Shown here in pieces: positions 1 through 10,457 of a DNA stretch of 64,000 bases. The notes below the pieces were generated by a model. The model made no database searches and was not told the DNA's origin. It saw nothing but the letters and a program-made list of their open reading frames with translations. The stretch spans positions 1 to 64,000 of IMG/VR virus record IMGVR_UViG_3300009648_000003; one strand, 5' to 3'. Origin of the DNA: a virus (lineage: Duplodnaviria > Caudoviricetes). The translations under genes and the position numbers were made by a program. Positions within the stretch are counted from its first letter, which is position 1, and each line of letters starts with the position of its first letter.

Positions 1-2775
1 AATCATATTATCTACTATATCACCTATACTATTTTTCAACTCAACTAAATGTTCACTATCTACATCAATTTCACTCACTAGTTGATTACCATAAGCTGTT
101 ATTTGCTTAGCTTTCTCATTAACAATTTTTTGGATTAAATTATTTATATTATTTTGAAGTCTTTTAGTTCTAATATTTAACTCAACTTCCTCTATTTCCA
201 GATCTTCTACAGAAGCTATTGCATAATTAGTGACTTCATTTATAACCTTCTTTATTTTATTTAATGCTTTTTTAACAGGTTTATTTAAATCTAATTTAAA
301 TCCTTCTGAATCAATTTGTTCCAAAGATATTTTTTCTACTCTATTTAATACAGCTTCTTTAATCAAAGAATCAATTCGGTTCATTATATCTGTAACATTT
401 ACTGATAATACACCATTGTCTAAACTATTTGTCTCCTGAATTAAACTATTTATTTGTCTTTGCAAAGCACCTTCTATACCTGTCATTATATCATCTAATA
501 ATTTAGTAATATTTAATTTTTCTCTTCCACCAACAGCATCTAGCCCAGAATCGTCATATTTTATATTATTAACCCAGTTTTCAATCTTATACTCTAACAT
601 TTCATTTATCATTTCTGTGAGCCTCTGAGATATTTTACTACCATCTATTGATTCATTTATTTCTATATTAGGATTCCAATAATTTATAGATTCTGCTATT
701 TCACTAGTAATTTGGCTTAATATAAGTCTATAAATCTTATCTAATTTTACTGTAGTTTCAGTTTCATCTACTTCAATCTTCGACACCTTTATGCTCTCAG
801 CTATTTGGTCAGCTATCTGATCATGTACCTGTGATAAACTTTCTTCAGTTAATATAATAGTATTAATAGAATCCTCCAATACTTTTATATAAGATTTTGT
901 TAAAGATTCTACATTTCTATCAAAGACCTTTTTTAAATTTTTTGTACTCTCCGCCCACCTATCATCTGAATGTAAAAATTCTTTTCGTATATCTGTAAGA
1001 GTCTGATTGACTTCTCTCATAACTGCATTTACTAACATTGTAGCATGCTTATTTAACTTCTCTACTGTTTCTTCAATACCTTCCCCACCAAATTCCTCAG
1101 ATTTATAACTATCAACTATTTTTCTTGAATATTCACGAATACTTTTGTCCACGATCTGTTTTATATCCCTCTGGAATGACTTAGGTAGTTTAAATTCTAT
1201 ATCCAAAGTACCTATATTCTGCAATGTTACATTCGTCAAAGTATCTATAATATAGTTATAAATTTCACGTTCTAAAACCATTAGTACATCTTCTAAATCT
1301 CCAGCATCAATCAAAGGCTGAGCAGTACCAAAAATTTCACTTATACTTTGTTCTATATTATTTCTTGTGTTATCTAATTCAACAAATATCTGTTCAAAAA
1401 CATCTGCTATATCTTTTGATATAGAATCTGTTAACGTTTTTAAATCCTCACTTAATGCTATATTAAAATCTAATATCCACTGACCCAAAACATCATCAAT
1501 TAATCCCATGTCAATATCTACTATAAAATCTGAATCCATTAAATTTTCTGAGATAACATCTATAATTAATTGGGTAATATCAATCTTCTTTCCTTTTAAT
1601 GTATCCTTCTTATCTTCCTCAGACTTAATATTTCCCAATACTTTCTCTATATCGCTCTGAAGTAATTGTATCTGTTGTTGAAATACACTATCAAAATAAT
1701 TATTTAAATTATTAATACTTTCCTTAAAAGAATCCAAACTAGGTCTTAAATCCAAATTATAATCAACAATTAAAACAATATCTTTTACCCACTCATCTAA
1801 TTTAACCAATACGTTACCTTTCAAGTTATTAATAGACTCTATTGCTTGTTGAAAATCATCTTCTGTAATTTTACCCATTGACAATGACTCTAATTGCTCT
1901 GCTAGAATGTTTATCTCCTTTATTATCTCAGACAAGTTATCCCTAAAACCAATCAATTTATCTTCTATATTTGGTAAATCATCTAAAGCCTCTACTTCGA
2001 CACCTAATAAGCTATCAATATCCCCGATACTTTCTTGTATTTTCTGTACAGCCTTATTTAATTCGGAAGATTTTATATTTAATTTTGGAATATTCTCTAA
2101 AACAATATTATCAGGGTCAGATAATACTTTAATAAACTCTTCCTCTATAGCACTAATTATTTGATCTACAGCTTTCTCATCTAATTTAAACTTTCTTTTA
2201 TACTTAAACTTCTTTTTATCAACACCTGGATCCTTAGTGTACAAACTAAATACTTCCTCATCTTTAATTAATTCAACAATTTGCTCATTGAATTTTTTCT
2301 GAAACTCAGCCAGAATTTCTCTACTATCCAATGGAGGAATATCACTAACATCAACCTCCAAATTAGTAAAAGATTCTGCTAAAGCTTCTGTAATATTCTT
2401 TTGGTTCTTCTTCCAAAAATCTGCACCTAACTTAACTTTAAATGGGTATCTTTCACTACCCTCGTCACCTATAAACTCAATTTTTGATTTAGTTATAGCT
2501 CTTGCTATTTTATTTTCTAATACTTTTCTCAAGTCACTAGCATCCACCGCCACCGAATCTAATGAGAAATTCTCCAAAGTCCTAACTAAGTCTTTAACAG
2601 GACTTGCATTTAGTTCCTTAAATGCATCTGTTAGTTGCCTCACTGGCTCTGTTAAATTATAAACCCGATCTGATATATCCTCTATGTCTCCTACTAAATC
2701 TAAAGCACCTTCAGATTTAAACAACATTTCAATTTCAGTACGCAATGAATGTGTAGCTTCTTTTTTATCTGCCAT
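1..2775 (-). CDS. tail tape measure protein, N-terminal part (runs off window start)
   Basis: Open minus-strand frame from ATG 2775 (MADKKEATHSLRTEIEMLFKSEG...) with GAGGTG RBS; about 925 helical, acidic codons; directly downstream of the tail chaperone genes. Absent from the ORF track because no stop lies in the window. Confidence 0.8.
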   Translation of the reverse strand, partial: MADKKEATHSLRTEIEMLFKSEGALDLVGDIEDISDRVYNLTEPVRQLTDAFKELNASPVKDLVRTLENFSLDSVAVDASDLRKVLENKIARAITKSKIEFIGDEGSERYPFKVKLGADFWKKNQKNITEALAESFTNLEVDVSDIPPLDSREILAEFQKKFNEQIVELIKDEEVFSLYTKDPGVDKKKFKYKRKFKLDEKAVDQIISAIEEEFIKVLSDPDNIVLENIPKLNIKSSELNKAVQKIQESIGDIDSLLGVEVEALDDLPNIEDKLIGFRDNLSEIIKEINILAEQLESLSMGKITEDDFQQAIESINNLKGNVLVKLDEWVKDIVLIVDYNLDLRPSLDSFKESINNLNNYFDSVFQQQIQLLQSDIEKVLGNIKSEEDKKDTLKGKKIDITQLIIDVISENLMDSDFIVDIDMGLIDDVLGQWILDFNIALSEDLKTLTDSISKDIADVFEQIFVELDNTRNNIEQSISEIFGTAQPLIDAGDLEDVLMVLEREIYNYIIDTLTNVTLQNIGTLDIEFKLPKSFQRDIKQIVDKSIREYSRKIVDSYKSEEFGGEGIEETVEKLNKHATMLVNAVMREVNQTLTDIRKEFLHSDDRWAESTKNLKKVFDRNVESLTKSYIKVLEDSINTIILTEESLSQVHDQIADQIAESIKVSKIEVDETETTVKLDKIYRLILSQITSEIAESINYWNPNIEINESIDGSKISQRLTEMINEMLEYKIENWVNNIKYDDSGLDAVGGREKLNITKLLDDIMTGIEGALQRQINSLIQETNSLDNGVLSVNVTDIMNRIDSLIKEAVLNRVEKISLEQIDSEGFKLDLNKPVKKALNKIKKVINEVTNYAIASVEDLEIEEVELNIRTKRLQNNINNLIQKIVNEKAKQITAYGNQLVSEIDVDSEHLVELKNSIGDIVDNMI

Positions 2776-2829
2776 AAAATCACCTCACAATTAAAGTCCG
2801 CCCCACCTTACCTACAGATAGAACGGACT

Positions 2830-3183
2830 TTACAATCCTCCTCCTAAAAATTGTGCAAATAAATCAATATCTTCTTCTGTGGCGACCTTGTAACCATCTT
2901 CTGTAGTGTTACCAGTCTCACTACCATCTTCGCCATCTACAAATGCCCCAAATACTTCGAGAGGTAGAGAGTTTATTTTTACCTCATACTCTATATATTT
3001 ATTTGTCTGTTTTATGAGTTCTGTTATCTGAGGTAGAGTATATTCCCATATCTCCCATTTATTTAAATTACAGTGTTTATGGAGAAGGAAAAATATCTCA
3101 CCCCAATGAACTTCTGCACCTGTATCACCATCTTTTATCTCAACATCTTGTTCCTCACCCTCTACATCGTTAGTGACTTTTTT
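2830..3183 (-). CDS. tail assembly chaperone 'T' moiety reached by -1 frameshift
   Basis: -1 frame after A-AAA-AAG (3177-3183) is open: KVTNDVEGEEQ...VHWGEIFFLLHKHCNLNKWEIWEYTLPQITELIKQ...FLGGGL*, stop at 2830-2832. Confidence 0.85.
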   Translation of the reverse strand, partial: KKVTNDVEGEEQDVEIKDGDTGAEVHWGEIFFLLHKHCNLNKWEIWEYTLPQITELIKQTNKYIEYEVKINSLPLEVFGAFVDGEDGSETGNTTEDGYKVATEEDIDLFAQFLGGGL

Positions 3184-3578
3184 ATCCCATTGAGCCCTAT
3201 CATAATTTCGATAATTCGTCTTGCCAACTCCAAATCTACATAATTATCTATATACTCTTTATCCACATGAGGATACCCCTTAAATGCTAGTAATAAAATA
3301 TCAAATAAATCTTCTTCAGCTCCAGTCCCACCATCATCAGGTGGTAAAAAGTTTAATATTATTGCCTCTATCTGTACAGTTTTTAATAACTGCATAAGCT
3401 TTCTTGCGTCCTTTAATGTACATGGGTGTAACTTGTAAGTTTTCCCATCTCTTAACATTATTTCATCATCATCTTCAAAGAAAACACTTTCAACACGATC
3501 TGCCTCTTCTTTTGTTACTTTTTCTACATCCTTTTCAGATTTTACTTCTTCTTTTTTCTTGTTATCTTCAGCCACCAT
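3162..3578 (-). CDS. tail assembly chaperone (lambda gpG-like position)
   Basis: 138 aa between major tail protein and tape measure; ends ...GIKKSLTM with a slippery heptamer. Confidence 0.8.
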   Translation of the reverse strand: MVAEDNKKKEEVKSEKDVEKVTKEEADRVESVFFEDDDEIMLRDGKTYKLHPCTLKDARKLMQLLKTVQIEAIILNFLPPDDGGTGAEEDLFDILLLAFKGYPHVDKEYIDNYVDLELARRIIEIMIGLNGIKKSLTM

Positions 3579-3597
3579 AAAACCCTCCTCTTATTTT

Positions 3598-3625
3598 AAA
3601 ATAGGGGGAAACTAATCCCCCTAAT
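3598..3625 (-). terminator. intrinsic terminator after the major tail protein extension
   Basis: TAGGGGGA-loop-TCCCCCTA hairpin followed by TTTT on the minus strand. Confidence 0.65.
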
Positions 3626-3656
3626 ATACTCACTGGTTTTACCCACACCCGATTAC

Positions 3657-3899
3657 CTAAATTTCTTCTTCTAAAACTACAGTTATTGTTATAGGCTCCT
3701 CCCCTATAATAAAAGTATCTTCCTTTGTTATAAATCCTTCTTTACTCACTGTATAAGTGTAAAACCCACTATTTAGTGCATATACACCCTGTTCTTCTGG
3801 TGGAACTAAATTATCATTTACATCTTTGACTATTACATCAGCATCTTCTGGGGTTACATCAAATACCACAATACTTTTTAGGTTATCAGGTGGTGCTGT
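3657..3899 (-). CDS. PEGA/Ig-like beta domain, probable C-terminal readthrough extension of the major tail protein
   Basis: In frame with the MTP directly after its TGA; TAPPDN linker, then VVFDVTPEDADVIV...GFYTYTVSKEGF; no SD before GTG 3869. Confidence 0.65.
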   Translation of the reverse strand, partial: TAPPDNLKSIVVFDVTPEDADVIVKDVNDNLVPPEEQGVYALNSGFYTYTVSKEGFITKEDTFIIGEEPITITVVLEEEI

Positions 3900-4724
3900 T
3901 CAACCTAACTCATCAACCTTACAATCTGTTATGGATTCCCCTGATTGGTATCTCTTTATAGATCCTATTTTCCCATCTGGTCTTTCTGGGTCTAAAATCT
4001 GTAGCTCTATTGCAGATGTTGAAGCAGTAGCTCTTTGAGCATCTATAGAGAAAGTACCTCTTGCCTGACACGCATAAAGTTCTGTTTCAATATCTTGCTT
4101 GGTACCATCTTTCTGTTGGAAAGAACCATGATGAATTACATGAACTGGGAAAGGTACCTCATCTGCTAGTATATCTGCCACACTCATATTATCAACTTTG
4201 TACTGATATGCAGCTATTACCACATCCCCAATCTTTACATCACTATGATCTATAGTGACAGTAGTAATATCCCCACTAGTTTCTACAGTAAAGGAATCAC
4301 GAGGAATTACTTTGTTATTTCTCTCCAATCTTAATGTGATACTATCTTCAGGGTGTAATTCATAAGGTAATTGTAAATCTGATATTGGGTGTTTTAATAC
4401 TATTGTCTTATTTGATTGAACAGTATGTTTTTCATTTAAAGACCACGCATTACCTTCACCACTAGTAATATTAGAACCCATCATTAAAGATATAGCATTT
4501 AAATCAAATTTAGCATCTGTACCAGTTATAGTAATTGATTTTGATGTCACTATACTATCTATAGCAAATAAACCATCCCCACCAAATACATCATCTATCT
4601 CAGTTGTTAAATCTATTCTTAAATCCTGCAACGTACCCAGAGTGATTAATTCTTTTTCACCATCGGGGCATATTCTCTTTGCTAAAAGAGTTCCCACCCC
4701 TTTTATAACCATCTTACGATTCAT
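3900..4724 (-). CDS. major tail (tube) protein
   Basis: 274 aa, beta-rich, between head-tail genes and tail chaperone. Confidence 0.75.
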   Translation of the reverse strand: MNRKMVIKGVGTLLAKRICPDGEKELITLGTLQDLRIDLTTEIDDVFGGDGLFAIDSIVTSKSITITGTDAKFDLNAISLMMGSNITSGEGNAWSLNEKHTVQSNKTIVLKHPISDLQLPYELHPEDSITLRLERNNKVIPRDSFTVETSGDITTVTIDHSDVKIGDVVIAAYQYKVDNMSVADILADEVPFPVHVIHHGSFQQKDGTKQDIETELYACQARGTFSIDAQRATASTSAIELQILDPERPDGKIGSIKRYQSGESITDCKVDELG

Positions 4725-4736
4725 AATAAAACCTCC

Positions 4737-5168
4737 TTATATTAATATAGAAAATTCAAATACAACAGTAAAACAATATATATTTTCCTCATCTACACTA
4801 CTCTCATGAGCAGTAATAAATCTTGATTCTAAATTCTCCATTCCACAGAATGGAAGGAGTTTTTTATCAAACATTGATGCTAATTCTTCCGCAATCCTAT
4901 GAGCACAATCTACATCATCAAATGTAAATATATTAAATACAAAAGGAGCTACATACACTGTATCGTTATTCCTATCTAAATTGCCAGGGGGAGCATAAAA
5001 TGCTATTAAAGGAACATTATCCACTAAATTCTGTGGTTTTGCTCTTTTTTGTATTTTTTTAGCCTTTTCAAGATTGTTAGAATCACTACCCATTCCTAAA
5101 TAGTATAGGATATTGTTATTGCTAACTATCAAAGTATAAATATTATTGTATAAATTAACTACCTGCAC
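4737..5168 (-). CDS. putative tail terminator/completion protein
   Basis: 143 aa immediately upstream of the MTP; size and synteny. Confidence 0.55.
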   Translation of the reverse strand: MQVVNLYNNIYTLIVSNNNILYYLGMGSDSNNLEKAKKIQKRAKPQNLVDNVPLIAFYAPPGNLDRNNDTVYVAPFVFNIFTFDDVDCAHRIAEELASMFDKKLLPFCGMENLESRFITAHESSVDEENIYCFTVVFEFSILI

Positions 5169-5180
5169 CTATCCACCCCC

Positions 5181-5975
5181 CTAACCAACCTTATATCTTT
5201 CACCTATAGTTATTTTCTTATTTATGTGAAAAATCTTTAACTTTGGGTCAAATATATCAACCTTCATAACAGCTTCTTTATAAATATCCAACATTTCATT
5301 ACTAACTTCTTCAACAGCTTCTTCAAACCAATAATATGCCTTTATATCCTCACCTATATAATCCCTAAATTTCTTCACCAACTCAGCATATTTATTAGCA
5401 TCCATTGGCACAGGGGGTTTAACATTACCTATACCGCCCAATCTAGATGTAGTTTCTCTTAAATTTCCGCCTAAGTCTCGCCAATAACCATCATATTTAT
5501 TTCTACTTACTATTGGAGCTCCAACATGAGGTAACCGATAAGGATTCACATCTCCCATACTTGGGGGCATATTATATTTAGAATAACCTTCAGGGTCTGA
5601 CTCCTCACCAGTACCAATTTCATAGTACCAACCAACGTGAGAATCTTCAAAATTGGAAGCCATAGCTGAAACAGATGCTGTAATTACAACCTTGCCGTAA
5701 TAACTAGCAAAATTATCCACATGCATACGTGCATGTCCTTCTTTATCGACAGAATTCAACAATGCTGCTTTTCTATCAGCATCACTAGTAACAGTACCAT
5801 CTGCCATATGCACTGGGTTGTCCTTAAATGGCAATACTTCTATGTTACGAATAATAGTATCATATAGTAATTGTCTTATTTCCCTTGTAGCATCCATTAA
5901 AGCCTTTTTCATTTCCGCCTCATATTTATCTAAATCAAAATACATTACATAGTCGGTATTCTTCAATCTTGCCAT
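5181..5975 (-). CDS. putative neck/tail-completion protein
   Basis: Synteny; ...YYEIGTG... and C-terminal AYYWFEEAVEE resemble the HK97 gp10-like pattern. Confidence 0.45.
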   Translation of the reverse strand: MARLKNTDYVMYFDLDKYEAEMKKALMDATREIRQLLYDTIIRNIEVLPFKDNPVHMADGTVTSDADRKAALLNSVDKEGHARMHVDNFASYYGKVVITASVSAMASNFEDSHVGWYYEIGTGEESDPEGYSKYNMPPSMGDVNPYRLPHVGAPIVSRNKYDGYWRDLGGNLRETTSRLGGIGNVKPPVPMDANKYAELVKKFRDYIGEDIKAYYWFEEAVEEVSNEMLDIYKEAVMKVDIFDPKLKIFHINKKITIGERYKVG

Positions 5976-5976
5976 T

Positions 5977-6600
5977 CTATCTCCTCGTTTCTGTTACTGC
6001 ATCAATAATGGTTAAACCTTTAAAAGTAGAATAATCATATCCCATTAACTTTAGAGGTTGCATCCCAATCCCCACATCAATCTGTATTTGGTCTTCAATA
6101 TCTAAAGTAATATTAGGAGCATATATTTTATAAGTTACATTAAGAACTTTTCCTGGGTCAGTTTGTTTTACAATACTATCTATTCTCTCTATATACACAC
6201 TCAAATTAGAATAAATTTCCTTAAACTCTCTTTTTATATTTCCAAACCTATCAGCGTCCTCAACTAATCTACTAACGTTTAATTTTGAATTACACACAAT
6301 CATCCTTGTTATTGTTGCACTCTTTTGTTGCTCTATAACTTCAGGGTAATTAGCAACAACAATATATTCCTCTTCTGTTACTTTGTTTTTTACAATTAAT
6401 CCATTAACTACAGATAACTCAGGTAAAAACTGTCCTTGCCGATGAGACTCAAGAGATATTTCACTGAAAAACTGTCTTGTAGCCTTCCCGATTAATGCAG
6501 TAGTTTCATCCAATAAATTCATTTCTGCATCATATATTTCCACAGGAACTCCTTCTTCTAGTATAATCTCTCTTTTTACATCTATCACACTACTCACCAC
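5977..6600 (-). CDS. putative head closure protein
   Basis: Synteny in the head-tail joining cluster. Confidence 0.45.
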   Translation of the reverse strand: MVSSVIDVKREIILEEGVPVEIYDAEMNLLDETTALIGKATRQFFSEISLESHRQGQFLPELSVVNGLIVKNKVTEEEYIVVANYPEVIEQQKSATITRMIVCNSKLNVSRLVEDADRFGNIKREFKEIYSNLSVYIERIDSIVKQTDPGKVLNVTYKIYAPNITLDIEDQIQIDVGIGMQPLKLMGYDYSTFKGLTIIDAVTETRR

Positions 6601-7012
6601 CCCGAGTCATTTTAGCAATCCTAAATATCTCTGACTGAGTAGTAACTACACTAACAGTTTCTATCTGACTCAATGCCTCTTCATATGAAATTAAGAACTC
6701 TTCTGCCCTTTTCTCCCAATCAGTTTTTAGCTTTTCCCATTTAACTTCAATTGTTGAAACTTTATACTTTATCTTATTTGGCATTGTGGGGGCGAGTAAG
6801 TAACAAGTATAGTAAATAACAGCACTCTCTAAAAACATCAAATCTTTCTCATCTGTTATTTTTTCATACTCTGGTACACGTTTAATAGTTACAGTTTCAG
6901 CTAAACCTGCTATAAACTTATCATTTATATCTTCATCAGGTAATTCTGATTCTTTTACCCCCATCCGTGTTCTTACACTTTTTTCAAAACCATCTTTTAG
7001 TATTTTATACAC
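6590..7012 (-). CDS. putative head-tail adaptor
   Basis: 140-aa helical protein downstream of the capsid gene. Confidence 0.5.
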   Translation of the reverse strand: MYKILKDGFEKSVRTRMGVKESELPDEDINDKFIAGLAETVTIKRVPEYEKITDEKDLMFLESAVIYYTCYLLAPTMPNKIKYKVSTIEVKWEKLKTDWEKRAEEFLISYEEALSQIETVSVVTTQSEIFRIAKMTRGGE

Positions 7013-7025
7013 TCACCCCGCCCCC

Positions 7026-7499
7026 TTAATAAGTTATACGAATTATAGGTCTTGAGGCTGAAGTTATATATAAAACACTTGCGTTGGGTATTTCCACACT
7101 CTGTCCAGGAATTATTTTATTCTGCTCTTGAATAAGGTTTTCTTTAGTTTCACCTACAAACACATCCCCCACCCCTAAGTTTTCGATTCTCAAATCTTTG
7201 GGTGGCTCAAATCTACGAATAATTGTCTCATATATATTTAATTGAACTTCAGATACCACACCTTTTTTCTTATCATCTGATGTTTCTTCTGAAACCTCGC
7301 CACTTTTTTCAGCTACTTCTTCTGTTGAAGACTCAAACCCAATATCACTAACTTCTGACTTACTTGCTTTACCCTCCTTAACTTTTCTCTCCTCATCTTT
7401 TAACATCTCTTCCAACTCTTTTACAGTTTTTTTCATTAGCCCTTTGTCTTCTACGCCATATTTATCAGTTAAAATTTCTATAATTTCTTTCTTAGTCAT
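7026..7499 (-). CDS. hypothetical virion-associated protein
   Basis: Small helical N-terminus, acidic linker, beta-rich C-terminus; follows the MCP. Confidence 0.45.
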   Translation of the reverse strand: MTKKEIIEILTDKYGVEDKGLMKKTVKELEEMLKDEERKVKEGKASKSEVSDIGFESSTEEVAEKSGEVSEETSDDKKKGVVSEVQLNIYETIIRRFEPPKDLRIENLGVGDVFVGETKENLIQEQNKIIPGQSVEIPNASVLYITSASRPIIRITY

Positions 7500-7569
7500 T
7501 TAATCACTCCTTAAAAAACCGCTACTGCGGGGCAGTAGCCTACAGTAACGGTTATTATTTTTATCAGTA

Positions 7570-8553
7570 TTAATCAAATGTTCCTAGCGGATCTACTACA
7601 TCTGCAAATAAAAACCCTGCAACATTAGATATAATTTTTTGATCATACCATCTTTCTGCTTCAACTATTGTAGCTCTTTTTCCCACTTCATACCATTTCC
7701 TTACTTGAACTGGTCCGTTACCATCTTTATTCCACATAAAGCTGTAACCTAAAGCAGGAGTTTTCTTCCCTGGTCTTGAAGGTACATAAGCAAGCACAGC
7801 AGAATTTCCCCAAATGTAGTTTAATGGTTCTATTTGACCAGGTTCTACCTGACCTGCGTTAGTTACACTTGATTTTAACGCAGAACCTACTAATATTTTA
7901 TCTACTCCAAATGCAGCAGCCATTAAATCAGTAGTAACTATACCTCTTTGTACATATTTAATAACCTCAAGTAGCCTTGGGTGTAGTTCTAAAACATTCT
8001 TCACTGGTTCTGAAATTATTAAAACATTAGGTCTTAACCCAGATTTTCTATGAATAGCTTCTTTAGCTTTCTTTATATCTAATATAGGGTCTGAATTCTC
8101 ATAATCACTCCATTTTGCAGGAGCACCAGTAGAACCTAAAGTAATTCTTAAATCTGGGTGATAACTATTTGTATCTAATACCTTATTTGCAGCATCAACT
8201 TCTTTGTTTAATAGAATACCTTCTGTCACTAACTCAGTTCCATCCGCCTCAAGATCAAATACATCATCAGCATTTTGAACTTCCTCATCAGCTATTGGAT
8301 GTCTTAAAGCATGACCTTCTGCAAAATAAGAATCATCTGATAGTGTCCAGCTAATTTCATTAGCTTCTGTACCAGGTGCTCTATAATCATCATGCTGCCT
8401 AAATCTCTCCATCCCATATACATAATATCTGTCACTTTGTTTCCCAACTGACACTGGTCTAAAAATTTCATCAGCTATATATTGCTCATTCTTATAACCA
8501 ATAGATATATTGGTTAATGCCTTATCTATGTGAACCTTTTGTACTGTAGGCAT
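7570..8553 (-). CDS. major capsid protein
   Basis: 327 aa; MPTVQKVHIDKALTNISIGYKN start and WSDYENSDPILDI motif typical of phage MCPs; follows protease and decoration genes. Confidence 0.88.
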   Translation of the reverse strand: MPTVQKVHIDKALTNISIGYKNEQYIADEIFRPVSVGKQSDRYYVYGMERFRQHDDYRAPGTEANEISWTLSDDSYFAEGHALRHPIADEEVQNADDVFDLEADGTELVTEGILLNKEVDAANKVLDTNSYHPDLRITLGSTGAPAKWSDYENSDPILDIKKAKEAIHRKSGLRPNVLIISEPVKNVLELHPRLLEVIKYVQRGIVTTDLMAAAFGVDKILVGSALKSSVTNAGQVEPGQIEPLNYIWGNSAVLAYVPSRPGKKTPALGYSFMWNKDGNGPVQVRKWYEVGKRATIVEAERWYDQKIISNVAGFLFADVVDPLGTFD

Positions 8554-8582
8554 ATAATCTCACTCTCCTTTATAAATTCCAA

Positions 8583-8993
8583 TTATATAGTAATTACATG
8601 GTATGCCATTCTAACAGGTATAACATCCCCATCTTCACCATTTTTTTCAGCAAAACCAAGAACATTGTAAGTTCCTGCATCTTCTGGCATTTTCTTTGCT
8701 AGCCCCCCAGTTGCTAAAATTACCCTGTCACCTGCTTGAATAGAACCAGTTAATTTTATTTCAGCAATACCTTCGAGCTTCACAGCAACTTGTCTTCCTG
8801 TCTGGTCCCCACCAGCTCTTATAGGGTCATCTATCCTCTCGTCGCTATCCACCACACCTAGAGGTATTTCATTATCAGCTTCAGGTTTTTTACATTGATT
8901 TTCACCAGCCATAACCACGCCAGTATATAGAGCTACCCCATCAGCATCCATTATTTTATAAGTTTTCTGCAACCTAGTAAATTTACCTGCCAT
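8583..8993 (-). CDS. capsid decoration/cement protein (DUF2190-like)
   Basis: 136 aa, Gly-rich beta protein (GDRVILATGGLA...LGFAEKNGEDGDVIPV) just upstream of the MCP. Confidence 0.7.
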   Translation of the reverse strand: MAGKFTRLQKTYKIMDADGVALYTGVVMAGENQCKKPEADNEIPLGVVDSDERIDDPIRAGGDQTGRQVAVKLEGIAEIKLTGSIQAGDRVILATGGLAKKMPEDAGTYNVLGFAEKNGEDGDVIPVRMAYHVITI

Positions 8994-10408
8994 TACTCCT
9001 CACCTCTCTCACTGTATTTATCATACATAATTCTTGTAGCGTCTATTAAAGACACCCCTTTTTCTTCTGAATATTTTTGAGCCAACCCAGCAATATATTC
9101 TCTAAATTCTACCTCTGTTTCAAAATCATCTCTATAGAGTTCCCCAGTATTCTTCTTTTCTCTAACTTTAGTCTGAGTAGTTCTCACATTAGAAAATTTA
9201 TTTAGTACCTCTTCATTAAACCCTTCTCTTACTTCTTTCAATTCCTCAATACTTAATGTATTTAAAAATTTCTCAAACAAAGTTTTATTAAAAGCATTCC
9301 CCTGGGATCTAATACCAAGTTCTATAATTTCCTTCTTTAAATCCTCCATGTATGTTTCAACTAATTCTTTGTTAACTTTTAGTTCTTCATTTAACTGAGT
9401 TAAATTTTTTACATTTTCTTTTAATTCTTCTACTTCCTTATCTCTTAGAGTTAAATCCTCTTTTAATTTTGTAATTTGTTCATTTAACTTATTTATTTCT
9501 GTTAATTTTTCAGATAACTCAACATCTTTCTTTTCTATTTCTTCTGATTTAATGTTATTTTCCTCTAATTTCAATCTTAGTTCATCTTCAGATTGAATTT
9601 TAAACTCATCCAGGATAACTTTATACTTATCCATCCTATTATCACTCCTTTTTTTATTGCTATCTGTCATTAATACCAACCCCCCAGCAGTATAAAATTG
9701 ATATACAGATGCATCAATAGATATGTCTTTTAACTCCCCGACTACCTGTAGTTTAGGCATATTTGTCCTAACATTATCATTTACCTCAGAATATTCATTG
9801 ACTATAGTTGCTCTATCACATGCTCCTGCATAAACTAAAGAGTTCTCGATAAGTTCTCCCTCACCATCTTCACCTATAATCACATAACATGTTACTGTTT
9901 CACCAACACCATCCTCATTCTCAATAATGTACTCATTACCCGGATAATGCCAACAATCCCAACTACGTATATCATGACCACATATACTACACTTCATTGT
10001 TTTTGCTTTAAAACCTATAGAAGTATCAAAAATAGTTCCTGAATCAATTCCTTTTGCTATATCGTCTGTTGTCATCCCACTTCCTGTATTTCTACCTAAT
10101 GCTATATAAAAATCACCATATAATGATTTCAATATATTGCCTGTTGCTTCATCCCATTCTTCTACTAAAGTTGAATCGAAAGATCTACCAACAGGTAACT
10201 TACTAGAATCGTGAGCCAATAATAATCCAATGCCTTTTTTTACATCAGAACTAAACTTCCTTAATAAATTTTCATGAACAATAGTGTAGTAAGAAGTTAC
10301 TGCATTATCAATCATCATACTGGGAAATACATACACATCATCTTCAGTTAATTCTGTGTGTGTAAATTTATTAATTTTTTCTAACTGACTTTTTGTTGGT
10401 TTTCCCAT
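8993..10408 (-). CDS. prohead protease with C-terminal scaffold
   Basis: LLLAHD...LPVGR, DTSIGF and ENSLVYAGA protease motifs; long C-terminal coiled coil. Confidence 0.75.
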   Translation of the reverse strand: MGKPTKSQLEKINKFTHTELTEDDVYVFPSMMIDNAVTSYYTIVHENLLRKFSSDVKKGIGLLLAHDSSKLPVGRSFDSTLVEEWDEATGNILKSLYGDFYIALGRNTGSGMTTDDIAKGIDSGTIFDTSIGFKAKTMKCSICGHDIRSWDCWHYPGNEYIIENEDGVGETVTCYVIIGEDGEGELIENSLVYAGACDRATIVNEYSEVNDNVRTNMPKLQVVGELKDISIDASVYQFYTAGGLVLMTDSNKKRSDNRMDKYKVILDEFKIQSEDELRLKLEENNIKSEEIEKKDVELSEKLTEINKLNEQITKLKEDLTLRDKEVEELKENVKNLTQLNEELKVNKELVETYMEDLKKEIIELGIRSQGNAFNKTLFEKFLNTLSIEELKEVREGFNEEVLNKFSNVRTTQTKVREKKNTGELYRDDFETEVEFREYIAGLAQKYSEEKGVSLIDATRIMYDKYSERGEE

Positions 10409-10457
10409 TTTTACTCATCTCCTTTTTACAACCTAAATATTATATAGGTATAATTAT

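Noticed and set aside
230-2164. Plus-strand ORFs 230-439 and 1907-2164, and similar antisense ORFs throughout the track (e.g. 3826, 8169, 12631, 16175, 23956, 38517, 43144, 61024)
   Set aside because: Shadows of long genes on the opposite strand; no SD and Ser/Phe/Ile-rich antisense composition.
3897-3905. Selenocysteine insertion at the MTP UGA
   Set aside because: No convincing SECIS and no redox context; ordinary leaky readthrough is more parsimonious.
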